Virus record (IMG/VR): IMGVR_UViG_3300027749_000044
Length of the DNA: 64,000 bases
Source: a virus
Direction: 5' to 3' (one strand)
The translations under genes were made by a program, and so were the position numbers. Under the pieces are notes generated by a model that worked only from the letters and a program-made list of their open reading frames with translations, made no database searches and was not told where the DNA came from. This document shows, one piece after another, positions 1 to 10,531 of the stretch (positions are counted from its first letter, which is position 1; each line of letters begins with the position of its first letter).

Positions 1-1
1 T

Positions 2-490
2 ATTGATTTTAACTTCAATAAAAAAGAATTGGCTGTTATCGCAGCCAAGTTTTTGAATCGTGTATGTGAGATTTTAGTATTAGAAAAAATCGAATATGAC
101 AAAGCCTCGGTTGCGTCATTGATTACATCATATTATCCTGATTGGCGCAGAGTCATCAATGAACTACAAAGATATTCTGCGAATGGCAGAATTGACAGTG
201 GTGTTTTGGCGTCACTGAGCGACGAATCGATTGAAACTCTGATAAAGTTTATGAAGAACAAAGATTTTATCAGTGTGCGCCGATGGATTGCTGAAAATCC
301 ACAAGATAATCCTTCTGCTCTATTTAAGAATATTTACGACCGGCTTGGTTTGTTTTTGACACCCAGATCGATTCCTCAAATTGTTCTGCATATTGCACAG
401 TATGAATATCAGTCTGCTTTTGTGGTAAATCAAGATATCAATACTGCCGCGGCACTTCTTCAAATTATGCATGATGCAGAATATCTATGA
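2..490 (+). CDS. 44: Clamp loader large subunit, C-terminal part (gene starts before the window)
   Basis: Frame open from window start; YYPDWRRVINELQRYS AAA+ sensor region; precedes gp62/regA as in T4-like phages. Confidence 0.9.
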   Translation: MDFNFNKKELAVIAAKFLNRVCEILVLEKIEYDKASVASLITSYYPDWRRVINELQRYSANGRIDSGVLASLSDESIETLIKFMKNKDFISVRRWIAENPQDNPSALFKNIYDRLGLFLTPRSIPQIVLHIAQYEYQSAFVVNQDINTAAALLQIMHDAEYL

Positions 491-954
491 TCAATACATT
501 ATTTGGGGAAGAAAAACAAAAGGTCGAAATACAAGAAACAGCAAAAGTTGAAAAGGCTAAGCCATGGGATTATACGAATGCGATCTATCAACATAAGCAT
601 TTAATCAATGAATCTGTAGATACTGAGGCAGCCGAAAAAGAATATAATGCATATTTTACAAATCAACATTTTTCTTTTTTCGTTGGTACAGTATTTTATG
701 CTAATGAAATGAATAGAAATTATAATATATCGAAGAAAATGCAATTCGATTATTATTTCAATTCTATACGTAAACAAAGACCTAACTTCATTAAACTACC
801 CAAACGCGAACAACCAGAGTCTATTGACTCGGTAAAAGAATTCTATAAATACAACGACAAGCGCGCACAAGAGGCACTGTCTCTTTTGACCGATGATCAA
901 ATTGTAACTATAGAAAAAAAGCTCGCAAAGGGTGGAGTAAGAAATGGACGATGA
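487..954 (+). CDS. 62: Clamp loader small subunit
   Basis: YNAYF..FYANEMN..MQFDYYFNSIRK..VKEFYKYN..A.EALSLL motifs; 44-62-regA synteny. Confidence 0.88.
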   Translation: MINTLFGEEKQKVEIQETAKVEKAKPWDYTNAIYQHKHLINESVDTEAAEKEYNAYFTNQHFSFFVGTVFYANEMNRNYNISKKMQFDYYFNSIRKQRPNFIKLPKREQPESIDSVKEFYKYNDKRAQEALSLLTDDQIVTIEKKLAKGGVRNGR

Positions 955-1360
955 TTTATTCAGTGGAGTTGGTGTAGAAGTCACCCTTAATGACCGTGAT
1001 GCGTTTCTCAAGGTAAAAGAAACATTGACGCGAATTGGCGTTGCATCCAAAAAAAGCAAAACGTTATATCAATCTTGCCATATTTTACATAAGCAAGGCA
1101 GATATGTAATTTTGCATTTTAAAGAACTTTTCATTCTCGACGGCAAAGATTCTGATTTTTCAGAAAATGACGTCGCCCGTAGAAATACAATTGTAAAACT
1201 TTTATCTGAATGGGGTCTAGTGAATATCATTGATCCTATAGAAGATGATGAGCCAATTGCCCCTATTTCTCAAATTAAAATTCTTCCGTACAAAGAAAAA
1301 CCAGATTGGGAATTGATCGCAAAATATCAAATTTCAGGTGGTGACAAATCAAAAAGGTAA
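944..1360 (+). CDS. regA: Translational repressor RegA
   Basis: FLKVKETLTRIGVAS..LYQSCHILHKQGRY.I.HFKELF signature. Confidence 0.95.
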   Translation: MDDDLFSGVGVEVTLNDRDAFLKVKETLTRIGVASKKSKTLYQSCHILHKQGRYVILHFKELFILDGKDSDFSENDVARRNTIVKLLSEWGLVNIIDPIEDDEPIAPISQIKILPYKEKPDWELIAKYQISGGDKSKR

Positions 1361-1366
1361 TATATT

Positions 1367-1747
1367 ATGTCAAATTTTGAAAAAGTAAAAACCTTTCATG
1401 CTATTTTTGGACAAAAAGATCCTACAGAAGCAACTTGGCCTTCGAAAGAAGTAATTAAGTTGCGTATTGCTCTTATTGTCGAAGAGTTAAATGAACTAAA
1501 GGATGCAATTAAAGATAAAGATATGATTGAAGTCGCCGATGCACTTACTGATATCTTATATGTGACTTATGGTGCCGCGGCCACATTTGGAATTAATATT
1601 GATGAATGTTTTTCTGAAGTACATAGATCAAACATGAGCAAACTTCAGCCAGATGGCACAGTAAAACGCAGAGAAGATGGTAAAATCCAAAAAGGTGAAA
1701 ATTATTCTCCTCCAGATCTTAAGCCAATCGTATATCCAGTAAAATAA
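1367..1747 (+). CDS. MazG/HisE-like nucleoside triphosphate pyrophosphohydrolase
   Basis: LIVEELNEL..EVADALTDILYVTYG..EVHRSNMSK motif. Confidence 0.85.
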   Translation: MSNFEKVKTFHAIFGQKDPTEATWPSKEVIKLRIALIVEELNELKDAIKDKDMIEVADALTDILYVTYGAAATFGINIDECFSEVHRSNMSKLQPDGTVKRREDGKIQKGENYSPPDLKPIVYPVK

Positions 1748-1756
1748 AACTTCGCT

Positions 1757-1787
1757 TGACAACTTTTAAGGGTTGTGCTATAGTATA
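1757..1787 (+). promoter_or_regulatory. Sigma70-like early promoter for gene 43
   Basis: TTGACA-N17-TATAGT followed by GGAGG RBS. Confidence 0.65.
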
Positions 1788-1809
1788 TTATGTTTTTAGC
1801 GGAGGATAA

Positions 1810-4302
1810 ATGGCGAAGTTTTATACAGAAGTAAATATTCGTGGAAATACAATTTTTGTTCGCGGCTATGATAATGGTAAAAGAGTCCAACGGAGAGTAG
1901 ATTACAAACCATATTTGTTTGTCTCCACAAAAAATTCTTCGGCTGAATATCGGTCACTCGACGGACACAAAGCCGATAAGATCGATTTTGATAATATCAA
2001 AGAAGCCAAAAATTTCATAAAAAGTTATTCTGGTGTTGAGGGAATGACCATTTATGGTCTTACTTCATTCCTTTATGCATATCTTAATGATGAGTATCCA
2101 GGCGAAGTCCAGTATGACCTGGATATGATCCGTAAGTTGGGTCTTGATATCGAATGTGCGCCCGAAGAAGGCGAAGATCATGGTTTTCCTGATATCCAGT
2201 TAGCTAACCAACCGATCACAGCAATCACATGTTCACTCAAAGGTAAGATGATGACCTTTGGGCTTAAGCCATATAAGGTAACTGATTCTAATGTTACTTA
2301 TAAAAAATGTGCTGATGAACGGCAACTATTGTTGGAGTTTATTGGATATTGGGAAAATGTAGATCCAGATATCGTCACAGGATGGAATATTGAATTTTTC
2401 GATATTCCATATCTTATTAATCGTATTAAACGAATTCTTGGTGAAGATTATGCCAAACGCCTAAGCCCTTGGAGGATGCTAGAAGAAAAATTGATTGAAA
2501 TCCAAGGCAAGGAACAACAGACTTTCCGGCCCATGGGTGTTTCTGTACTTGATTATCTCCGTGTCTATAAGCAATTCACATATGTACAACAAGAAAGCTA
2601 TAAGCTCGAAAACATTGCATTTGTTGAATTGGGTGAACATAAGCTTGATTATTCTGAATATGATAATCTTACTGAGTTTTATCGAAAAGATCACCAAAAG
2701 TATATCGATTATAACATTCACGACGTACGTCTGATCGATATGCTTGAAGAGAAGCTAGGTCTACTTGATCTCGGCTTGACTCTTTCTTATGATGCCAAGA
2801 TCACATATGATGATATGTTCACCAGCATTCGTCTATGGGATATCATCATTCATAATTATCTTCTTGATCAAAAGATTGTCATTCCTATGCCAAGTGGGTA
2901 TAAAAAGGATGATAAATTTGAAGGTGCATATGTACGCGAACCTAGAGTTGGTATGCACAAGTGGGTTGCCACTTTCGACGTGAATAGTCTATATCCGAGT
3001 TTGATCGTACAGAATAACATGTCTCCTGAAACTTTCCGGGGCAAAGTAAAAATGCCGGATGTTGATGAACTATTGAAAGGCAATATTGACGAACGCTTAT
3101 GGAACAAACTACATGATGCCGACTATGCTCTATCGGCAAATGGGGCACTTTGGGATAAGTCAGAACAAGGTATCTTTCCTAAACTAGTTCTGAAAATGTA
3201 CGATGAACGCAAAGCATATCAAGCAAAGTTGAAAGAAGCAAAACAAAAGAATAGTAAGGATATCTCTAGATATCATAATCTACAATTGGTCAAAAAGATT
3301 GTTCTTAACAGTTTGTTCGGCGCAACCGGTCACCCAGCATTTCGTTATTATCAAAATGACTATGCTGAAGGCATCACGATCCATGGCAAGCTTGCTATTC
3401 AGTGGGTTGCGCAAGATATCGATGCGTATTTGAATAAGATTCTAAAAACAGAAGGCAAGCAATATGTTGTTTATTGTGATACCGATTCTGTATTTGTTAC
3501 ATTAGACGTAGTTGTAAATATGACGGGGCTTACAAATACTCCCGAGATTGTGGATTTTGTTGCTCATTTTTGCGAAGACAAGTTAGAAAAAATCATAGAA
3601 AAATCATTTGAAAACTTGAAGAATTATACAAATTCTTACGTAAATCAAATGAAAATGAAGCGAGAAAATATCGCTGATACTTCGATCTTCCTTGCGAAGA
3701 AGAAGTATATCATGAATGTTTGGGACAGTGAAGGCTTTAGATACGAAACACCAAAACTTTACATCAAGGGCGTAGAAGCCGTTAGGTCTTCAACTCCAGC
3801 ATCATGTCGCGAAAAACTCAAAGAGAGTATGAAGATCATTATGTTGGGGTCAAACCAAAAATTGATCGATTATATTGATGGTTTCCGGGAAAAATTCAAG
3901 AAAATGCCATATGAAGATATTGCGTTTCCACGAGGAGTAAATGGTATCTCAAAATATTCGTCTGGAACTTCACAGAAACTTTATACTGACGGAACTCCTA
4001 TTCACGTACGAGGAACGATTGTATACAACCATCTATTGAAAAAAAATAAACTTGACGCAAAATATCCAACAATCAAAGAGGGCGAAAAAATTAAGTTTTG
4101 TTATATGAAATTACCAAATACATTCCAGGAAGATGTAATTTCATCTCCTGGTGATCTTCCTCATGAATTGAATATTCATAGATTTATTGATTTTGATACC
4201 CAATTCGATAAAGCATTTCTTGCTCCAATTAAGAATATTACAGATGCGATTGGATGGAAAACAGAGAACATTTCCACCCTTGAGTCATTTTTCGAAGACT
4301 AA
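1810..4302 (+). CDS. 43: Family B DNA polymerase
   Basis: Exonuclease DIE motif, DVNSLYPS, KIVLNSLFG, YCDTDS; no intein-sized insertion. Confidence 0.98.
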   Translation: MAKFYTEVNIRGNTIFVRGYDNGKRVQRRVDYKPYLFVSTKNSSAEYRSLDGHKADKIDFDNIKEAKNFIKSYSGVEGMTIYGLTSFLYAYLNDEYPGEVQYDLDMIRKLGLDIECAPEEGEDHGFPDIQLANQPITAITCSLKGKMMTFGLKPYKVTDSNVTYKKCADERQLLLEFIGYWENVDPDIVTGWNIEFFDIPYLINRIKRILGEDYAKRLSPWRMLEEKLIEIQGKEQQTFRPMGVSVLDYLRVYKQFTYVQQESYKLENIAFVELGEHKLDYSEYDNLTEFYRKDHQKYIDYNIHDVRLIDMLEEKLGLLDLGLTLSYDAKITYDDMFTSIRLWDIIIHNYLLDQKIVIPMPSGYKKDDKFEGAYVREPRVGMHKWVATFDVNSLYPSLIVQNNMSPETFRGKVKMPDVDELLKGNIDERLWNKLHDADYALSANGALWDKSEQGIFPKLVLKMYDERKAYQAKLKEAKQKNSKDISRYHNLQLVKKIVLNSLFGATGHPAFRYYQNDYAEGITIHGKLAIQWVAQDIDAYLNKILKTEGKQYVVYCDTDSVFVTLDVVVNMTGLTNTPEIVDFVAHFCEDKLEKIIEKSFENLKNYTNSYVNQMKMKRENIADTSIFLAKKKYIMNVWDSEGFRYETPKLYIKGVEAVRSSTPASCREKLKESMKIIMLGSNQKLIDYIDGFREKFKKMPYEDIAFPRGVNGISKYSSGTSQKLYTDGTPIHVRGTIVYNHLLKKNKLDAKYPTIKEGEKIKFCYMKLPNTFQEDVISSPGDLPHELNIHRFIDFDTQFDKAFLAPIKNITDAIGWKTENISTLESFFED

Positions 4303-4357
4303 ATACGTATGCTGGGGTAGTTCCCCAGGATAAATCAATCAACAAAAGGAACTAACC

Positions 4358-5395
4358 ATGTCATTACTCGACCGTCTATCTGGCGCAGGCTCAATCAAGC
4401 AGGCCCATGTACTAGCATCTTCTCCATTTTTCGGAGAAAAAGAACAAGCCTCTACCGGCATTCCCATTATCGATACTGCACTTTCTGGCCACCTCGACGG
4501 AGGCCTCGCGGCCGGACTTACTTTCCTTGCCGGACCATCAAAGCACTTCAAGTCACTACTAGGCCTAATCATGGTTGCTGCTTATATGAAAAAGCATCCA
4601 GATGCCGTATGTTTGTTTTATGACTCTGAATTTGGTATTACTCCTGATTATATCGAAGCAAATGGTATCGATACTTCAAGAGTTATTCATATTCCTATCG
4701 AACATCTCGAACAACTTAAATTCGATATTTCGAAGCGTCTAGACGAAATTAAAAAAGGCGATAAAGTAATTATTTTTATTGACTCGGTTGGTAATTTGGC
4801 TTCGAAGAAAGAAGTCGAAGACGCAATGGATGAAAAATCAGTTGCTGATATGTCCCGCGCCAAAGTCATGAAATCACTTTGGAGAATTGTCACTCCACAT
4901 TTGACTATCAAAGATATTCCTTGTATTGCAATTAATCACACCTATCAGACTATGGAAATGTATTCAAAGTCGATTATGTCTGGTGGAACCGGCGGCATGT
5001 ATTCCGCAAACCAAGTTTTCATTATTGGTAAAGCACAAGAAAAAGATGGCAAAGAACTTTTAGGTTGGAACTTTACGATCAATATCGAAAAGTCTAGGTT
5101 TGTAAAAGAAAAGTCAAAATTTACTTTTCAAATTACTTACGATAAAGGCATCGCTCGGTATTCTGGTCTATTGGATTTAGGTCTAGAAGCTGGATTCGTA
5201 ACAAAGCCAAAGCAAGGTTGGTATTGCTCGGTCGATCCTGAAACGGGCGAAGTTTCGAAAAACTATCGCGAAGCTGATCTGATGACAAATAAAGAATTTT
5301 GGGAACCTATTCTTGCCAATCCTGATTTCCAAAAATTTGTTACTGACAAGTTTAGTGTTTCTGGTGGAACTTTGATTCAGGATGACGAAGAATAA
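4358..5395 (+). CDS. uvsX: RecA-like recombinase UvsX
   Basis: AGPSKHFKS P-loop, FYDSEFG, IDSVGNLASKKE. Confidence 0.96.
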   Translation: MSLLDRLSGAGSIKQAHVLASSPFFGEKEQASTGIPIIDTALSGHLDGGLAAGLTFLAGPSKHFKSLLGLIMVAAYMKKHPDAVCLFYDSEFGITPDYIEANGIDTSRVIHIPIEHLEQLKFDISKRLDEIKKGDKVIIFIDSVGNLASKKEVEDAMDEKSVADMSRAKVMKSLWRIVTPHLTIKDIPCIAINHTYQTMEMYSKSIMSGGTGGMYSANQVFIIGKAQEKDGKELLGWNFTINIEKSRFVKEKSKFTFQITYDKGIARYSGLLDLGLEAGFVTKPKQGWYCSVDPETGEVSKNYREADLMTNKEFWEPILANPDFQKFVTDKFSVSGGTLIQDDEE

Positions 5396-5449
5396 CTATT
5401 GACATTCGCCTAATTTAGTCGTACACTGACAAGATAATAGGAGAAAATT

Positions 5450-6883
5450 ATGTCAATAGAAAATACAATCCTATCAGCCCTTCTTTTTGATAAAGAATAC
5501 GCACGAAAAGTACTTCCTTTCGTTAAAGAAGATTATTTCGACGAATCCGAACACAAAGTTATTTTTGGACTGATCGATGCCTATACTGAAAAATATGGTG
5601 TGCCTCCTTCGAAGGAGGCACTTTCCATTGACCTCGAAAATAAATCAGGTCTCAATGAATCGACGTTCAAAGATGCGAACATATTAATCGACGAATTAAA
5701 TCATGATCCTCTGACAAATAAAGACTGGTTGTTAGAAAATACAGAACAATTCTGTCAGCAACAAGCAATTAAAAATGCACTCATGGAAAGTATTGCAATC
5801 CATGGCGGCAAAGATAAGACACGGGATAAAGGATCTATTCCTACGATTTTAACCGAAGCTCTTGCTGTTTCTTTTGATAGTAATGTCGGACATGACTTCA
5901 TTGAAAATTTTGAAGACAGATATGATTTTTATCATAAAAAAGAAACAAAGATTCCGTTTGATTTGGATTGGTTCAATCGTGTAACGCGAGGTGGAGTGCC
6001 TCGCAAGACGTTGAACATTATCCTTGCTTCCACTGGCGTAGGTAAGACCATGTGTATGACACATATGGCATCAGCTAATTTATTGGAAGGATATAATGTA
6101 CTTTATATTACTATGGAAATGGCAGAAGAAAGAATCGCCGAGCGGATCGATGCCAATTTGATGAACATTGCTGTCGATGAACTTGCCGAATTGCCTCGCG
6201 ATTCTTATGAAAAAAAGATCGCAAAAGTAAAAAATAAAGTAAAAGGCAAATTGATCATCAAGGAATATCCTACCGGAGCAGGCTCTACTGCACATTTTCG
6301 GCATCTTATTCAGGAATTAAAGATTAAAAAGAATTTTGTTCCTGATATTATTTACATCGACTACCTAAATATTTGTGCATCTTCAAGGATGAAGATGGGC
6401 AGTAGTATTAATAGCTATACATTCGTGAAGTCTATTGCCGAAGAAATAAGAGGGTTGGCTGTTGAAACAAAAACCGCAATATTCACAGCCACCCAATCGA
6501 ACAGAGATGGATATGCGTCAAGCGATGTTGACCTCGCAAACACCTCGGAAAGCTTCGGGGTCCCTGCTACTGCTGATTTTATGTTTGCACTTATTTCAAC
6601 AGAAGAACTAGAAGAAATGAATCAACTTTTAGTTAAGATCCTCAAAAATAGATATGCCGAAACTGGCAAAAAATTTATTGTCGGTATAGACCGATCAAAA
6701 ATGCAATTTTTCGATGCTGATGATTCTGCACAAGATGACTTGCACGATGATACACCTAAACGTAAAGGCAAAAAGAAATCTGATGCCGTAATGGACAATA
6801 CTGGATTTGGCGAGCGCATCGAAGAAGAAACAACTTTTAATTGGAAATCAAAAAAGAAAGATTTTTCTGATTTTATGGCTTGA
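5450..6883 (+). CDS. 41: Replicative DnaB-like helicase
   Basis: ASTGVGKT Walker A, ITMEMAEERIAERIDAN, IYIDYLNIC, ATQSNR. Confidence 0.96.
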   Translation: MSIENTILSALLFDKEYARKVLPFVKEDYFDESEHKVIFGLIDAYTEKYGVPPSKEALSIDLENKSGLNESTFKDANILIDELNHDPLTNKDWLLENTEQFCQQQAIKNALMESIAIHGGKDKTRDKGSIPTILTEALAVSFDSNVGHDFIENFEDRYDFYHKKETKIPFDLDWFNRVTRGGVPRKTLNIILASTGVGKTMCMTHMASANLLEGYNVLYITMEMAEERIAERIDANLMNIAVDELAELPRDSYEKKIAKVKNKVKGKLIIKEYPTGAGSTAHFRHLIQELKIKKNFVPDIIYIDYLNICASSRMKMGSSINSYTFVKSIAEEIRGLAVETKTAIFTATQSNRDGYASSDVDLANTSESFGVPATADFMFALISTEELEEMNQLLVKILKNRYAETGKKFIVGIDRSKMQFFDADDSAQDDLHDDTPKRKGKKKSDAVMDNTGFGERIEEETTFNWKSKKKDFSDFMA

Positions 6884-6931
6884 CATATGTCCTTTACCTG
6901 CTATCATGACATATAATCATAGGATAAAATA

Positions 6932-8185
6932 ATGGATATAGAAAAAGCATGGGAAGAATGGCTGGAACATAATCCACCTGAGTCCTATAATGAAATTGAC
7001 GAAAAACAATTAACCGAAAATATCATCCGAGATTTATCAAACGTATCTCGGATGTCGGTTGGGGAATATACTCTTTATCAAAAGTGGGAAGAAATTCATT
7101 TCAAATACCAAACAGAAGTAAAACAAACTTTGTTTGGTGAAGAATTGGTTATGTCTGATCATGATCAATGGCTTGAAATCCAAAAAACAAAAAAGAACAT
7201 TTGGATTCCTGAGTCTCCAGATGATTATGTCAAACTCAAGCCTGTATTAGAATTTACTGGTGATGGCAATCTATCAGAACGATGGAATACTATTCGTACG
7301 TTCACTTCAACTATGAAAAACAATAGTAACATTGGCCGAAATCTTAATTTCATCGTTAAAGATGAAGTAACAGATAAGTATCTCGGTGTCATTTGCATCA
7401 GTTCAGATTTCCTGGATCTTACACCCAGAGACCAATATATTGGATGGGATCGATATAATAAGACTCAAGGCAAGATGGTTGGGCACACAGCTATTGGCTC
7501 AACTATTGTGCCATTGCAGCCGCTTGGATATAACTATACTGGCGGCAAACTATTGGCTCTTATGTGTCTTTCAGATACTATTCAGAATCTTTGGAAAGAA
7601 AAATATGGCGATGTATTGGTTGGCGTAACAACAACCTCACTTTATGGCAAAGATAAGAAAGACGGACTGAGCCAATACGATAATCTCGACCATTGGTTAA
7701 AAATGGGATTCACCGCTGGCTCGGTTTCATATGAACCATTGCGCGAAACAAGATTGCAGATTATTGATTGGCTAAAAAAGAATCATACACGAAAATATTT
7801 CGAATGGTATGTGGCCAAAAAAGATTCGGGACAACCATATAAAAGAGATCACAAGAATAGGTCATTGACTTTTGCTTATTCTAAACTTGGTGTTCCTAAA
7901 AATTTGATCAAATCAGAACATGCTCGTGGAATATATTTTAGCCCTCTTTATGATAACACAAAAGAATTTCTGTGTTCGCAAATCAAAGAAGATGAATTGG
8001 TCAAGTCATTTGATACATCCGAACATGCACTTGGTGAATTATGGAAACAAAATCACGCCCGCGGTCGTATTGGATTCTTAAAAAAGAAAAATAAAGTCAG
8101 TACAGATACGTTATTTTATGACGATCTTATTATGTTATCTTGGAATGAATGTAAGGAAAAATATCTTGGACAAGTTGGACGCTAA
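6932..8185 (+). CDS. DUF4338/DruA-like protein
   Basis: GRNLNFIV..YLGVI..RDQYIGW..IVPLQPLGYNYTGGKLLAL..GVTTTSLYG pattern recalled for DUF4338; own TTGACA..TATCAT promoter at about 6880-6907. Confidence 0.6.
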   Translation: MDIEKAWEEWLEHNPPESYNEIDEKQLTENIIRDLSNVSRMSVGEYTLYQKWEEIHFKYQTEVKQTLFGEELVMSDHDQWLEIQKTKKNIWIPESPDDYVKLKPVLEFTGDGNLSERWNTIRTFTSTMKNNSNIGRNLNFIVKDEVTDKYLGVICISSDFLDLTPRDQYIGWDRYNKTQGKMVGHTAIGSTIVPLQPLGYNYTGGKLLALMCLSDTIQNLWKEKYGDVLVGVTTTSLYGKDKKDGLSQYDNLDHWLKMGFTAGSVSYEPLRETRLQIIDWLKKNHTRKYFEWYVAKKDSGQPYKRDHKNRSLTFAYSKLGVPKNLIKSEHARGIYFSPLYDNTKEFLCSQIKEDELVKSFDTSEHALGELWKQNHARGRIGFLKKKNKVSTDTLFYDDLIMLSWNECKEKYLGQVGR

Positions 8186-8438
8186 TCTGTTGATGATAGG
8201 GCAAACTGTAAAAACTGCCGGAGGACTAACAGGAGAAATAATCGATATTGAAAATGGAATGTATCGAGTTGAAACTTCTGATGGTAAATTTTGGCATTGG
8301 CCTGAACATCTGTTTGATGTTGGAGATCCGGCCGCGCGGCCATATAGAACGATCAAAATTTTGATCGATGGAAATCTTGCCCATATGTTTGTCGCGCCGG
8401 TAGGCGAACGGTTCGGGTTTGAAGCATTTATCATATAA
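8175..8438 (+). CDS. Small hypothetical protein (SH3/KOW-like), start uncertain
   Basis: IGQTVKT.GG..GEIIDI pattern; fills the gap between co-oriented genes. Confidence 0.5.
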   Translation: MDANLLMIGQTVKTAGGLTGEIIDIENGMYRVETSDGKFWHWPEHLFDVGDPAARPYRTIKILIDGNLAHMFVAPVGERFGFEAFII

Positions 8439-8440
8439 AC

Positions 8441-8680
8441 ATGGTTGCCAAAGGTCCGATAATGTCCTACAGTTGGATTCTAGACAGATGGAGAGACGTT
8501 GTGCGAAATCAAGCACTGGTTGACTACTATGTGACCGAAGGATCCAGCCGAAGCCGGCAAACGGCGCAAATTGACGCCGGCGTTCAATTGAATGGCGCCA
8601 CAAGCGAATTTGCGATACAGACGTATTTGTCCCAAAAACATGGGCGCAATATTGAAATTATGAATATTAGGTGGCTATAA
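8441..8680 (+). CDS. Hypothetical protein
   Basis: Tightly packed co-oriented ORF. Confidence 0.5.
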   Translation: MVAKGPIMSYSWILDRWRDVVRNQALVDYYVTEGSSRSRQTAQIDAGVQLNGATSEFAIQTYLSQKHGRNIEIMNIRWL

Positions 8681-8904
8681 TGTCGCAGCTTGAACTAAAA
8701 ACACATCTTCCTGTTATAACACCTAAAGGCTCAGGAAGAGCAATTATAATGATTGACTATGGACCAGAAGAACATCTTTTATGGGTTGTCATTCAAGATG
8801 CAACCGGAGAAATATGGACATGGTCAAATTTAGATATTCGAGTTAAAGATAACATAACATTAAGAAGGAAAACCAATGACTGTTCCGTATTGTTGGAAAA
8901 TTGA
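8680..8904 (+). CDS. Hypothetical protein
   Basis: TAATG overlap with upstream ORF; IDYGPEEHLLWVV..TGEIWTW. Confidence 0.6.
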   Translation: MSQLELKTHLPVITPKGSGRAIIMIDYGPEEHLLWVVIQDATGEIWTWSNLDIRVKDNITLRRKTNDCSVLLEN

Positions 8905-9100
8905 GTTTCATGCCATCGGATACGATGGATCTACTTTGGATTGGTGCGATAGTTTAGAAGATGCCAAGTCAGTCAAGGGCTGCGTCAAAGTTGAACTTGT
9001 AAAATCATATGTTGATGATCGCGATCTCGTATGGGCATTGGATGATGAGGAATTAGATGACGAAGAATTAGATGACGAAGAATTGGATGAGGAGGAATGA
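8876..9100 (+). CDS. Hypothetical protein with acidic repeat tail
   Basis: AAGGA RBS; C-terminal DDEEL x3. Confidence 0.6.
   Translation: MTVPYCWKIEFHAIGYDGSTLDWCDSLEDAKSVKGCVKVELVKSYVDDRDLVWALDDEELDDEELDDEELDEEE
9041..9100 (+). repeat. 15-nt tandem repeat (about 4 degenerate copies) encoding DDEEL
   Basis: gatgatgaggaatta gatgacgaagaatta gatgacgaagaattg gatgaggaggaatga. Confidence 0.8.
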
Positions 9101-9387
9101 GTGACGATTATTGCCACGACATTGCTTGTGAATATGGATGCAGACACAAAACGCGCGTCTGTCCGAAACGCCAAGGAGAACGGGAAATGACACCCGAAGA
9201 ATGGGTAATACAAAAACTTGAGGCTGACCTTGATAAGTACGTTGCCCACATCGAGGCCTTGGAAGCCGAGAACGCAGCCCTCAAGGCGCTGGTAGCTGAG
9301 CGGGATGCATCCGCCGAGCAGCTACAGTTCTACGCCGATGACCTCAGATCATTCCTGCGGTTGAGTGCGGCAGGAGGAATGTTGTGA
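9097..9387 (+). CDS. Hypothetical coiled-coil protein
   Basis: GGAGG RBS, ATGA overlap. Confidence 0.55.
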   Translation: MSDDYCHDIACEYGCRHKTRVCPKRQGEREMTPEEWVIQKLEADLDKYVAHIEALEAENAALKALVAERDASAEQLQFYADDLRSFLRLSAAGGML

Positions 9388-9587
9388 TCGAATTTGGCTT
9401 TATCAGTTCTCATACCAAAGGCGGCCAACACACCAATGGTCCTGACTACGGGATCATGACGGCGCGAAGTCCCGAGGGCGTGTACGTAGAAGTCCAGACG
9501 CACCATGGGATGCCACCACATATTGCCCGACAATTAGCCGGTGAGGCCATCGAATGGATTTTGTCTTCTTCGCGAGGCCGGAAATGA
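9384..9587 (+). CDS. Hypothetical protein
   Basis: AGGAGG RBS, GTGA overlap. Confidence 0.55.
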   Translation: MIEFGFISSHTKGGQHTNGPDYGIMTARSPEGVYVEVQTHHGMPPHIARQLAGEAIEWILSSSRGRK

Positions 9588-9713
9588 TTCTAATTTTAAA
9601 ATTTATTGTTTGCATTTTTTGTTTTCTTTTAGGATTAATTGTCGCGGCGGTAATTGGGTATATTGTTATTAGTATTATCCTTGCCGGCATCCTTATTACG
9701 ATAGGAAAAATTC

Positions 9714-9986
9714 TTGGCTTTGAATAAATGGATAGGACTGGAAGTATCAAGTCCATATTGGGAAAAAGGTAAAGTGATCGCCGTGAATAACGGAGAAGCA
9801 TGGGTCGAAATACTTCGCCATGGCGGCCGAAAAGATATGGCTACAGTTAAATTATCGGAACTTAAACAGATTGTACAAAAACCAACTTTTATTAATTTGA
9901 TGTGTATCCTTGATGACGACACAATACCTATGACACTTAGAATCAAAAAAATAATGGATTTATACGAGGAATATTATGAAAGTTAA
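9714..9986 (+). CDS. Hypothetical protein
   Basis: AGGA RBS before TTG start. Confidence 0.5.
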   Translation: MALNKWIGLEVSSPYWEKGKVIAVNNGEAWVEILRHGGRKDMATVKLSELKQIVQKPTFINLMCILDDDTIPMTLRIKKIMDLYEEYYES

Positions 9987-10479
9987 TATTGGAAAATATC
10001 CTGGTCCTAGGTCGAAAAAAGAACGTAAGATCGATATTCGGATTGACCGTTGGGACACATGGTCGATGGATCATACTCTTTCTTTGATCATTCATCCTAT
10101 GCTTGTGCAACTAAAAGAAACAAAGCATGGTGCGCCTTTTACCGATGATGAAGACGTTCCCGAAGAACTACGGTCAACATCTGGCCCACCAAAAGAAAAC
10201 GAGTGGGACCTAGATGATCGATTTTTCAAACGCTGGGAATGGATCCTAGATGAAATGATTTGGGCATTTGAATTGAATATCGACGATGATTGGGATAGTC
10301 AATTTCATTCTGGCACACCAGACTTTAGATTTATAGACCAAGATGACGGAACTTCTAGATTAGTCAGAGGTCCTAATGATACTTCTGTGTGGGACCAAGA
10401 AGGTCAAAAAGCATATTCCGACCGAATGCAAAATGGATTTAGACTTTTTGGTAAATATTTTTCGTCATTGTGGGATTAA
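9976..10479 (+). CDS. Conserved phage hypothetical protein
   Basis: IDRWDTWSMDHTL..RWEWILDEMIWAF..GFRLFGKYFSSLWD, a pattern typical of T4-like phage ORFs. Confidence 0.75.
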   Translation: MKVNIGKYPGPRSKKERKIDIRIDRWDTWSMDHTLSLIIHPMLVQLKETKHGAPFTDDEDVPEELRSTSGPPKENEWDLDDRFFKRWEWILDEMIWAFELNIDDDWDSQFHSGTPDFRFIDQDDGTSRLVRGPNDTSVWDQEGQKAYSDRMQNGFRLFGKYFSSLWD

Positions 10480-10531
10480 ATACTAAATAGCCAGTGACTT
10501 CTTCTTTATTATAAAACAAAAGGAGAAGTAA

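Noticed and set aside
9041-9100. Tandem repeat as CRISPR or regulatory array
   Set aside because: No spacers; it is a coding DDEEL repeat. No CRISPR array was seen anywhere in the window.
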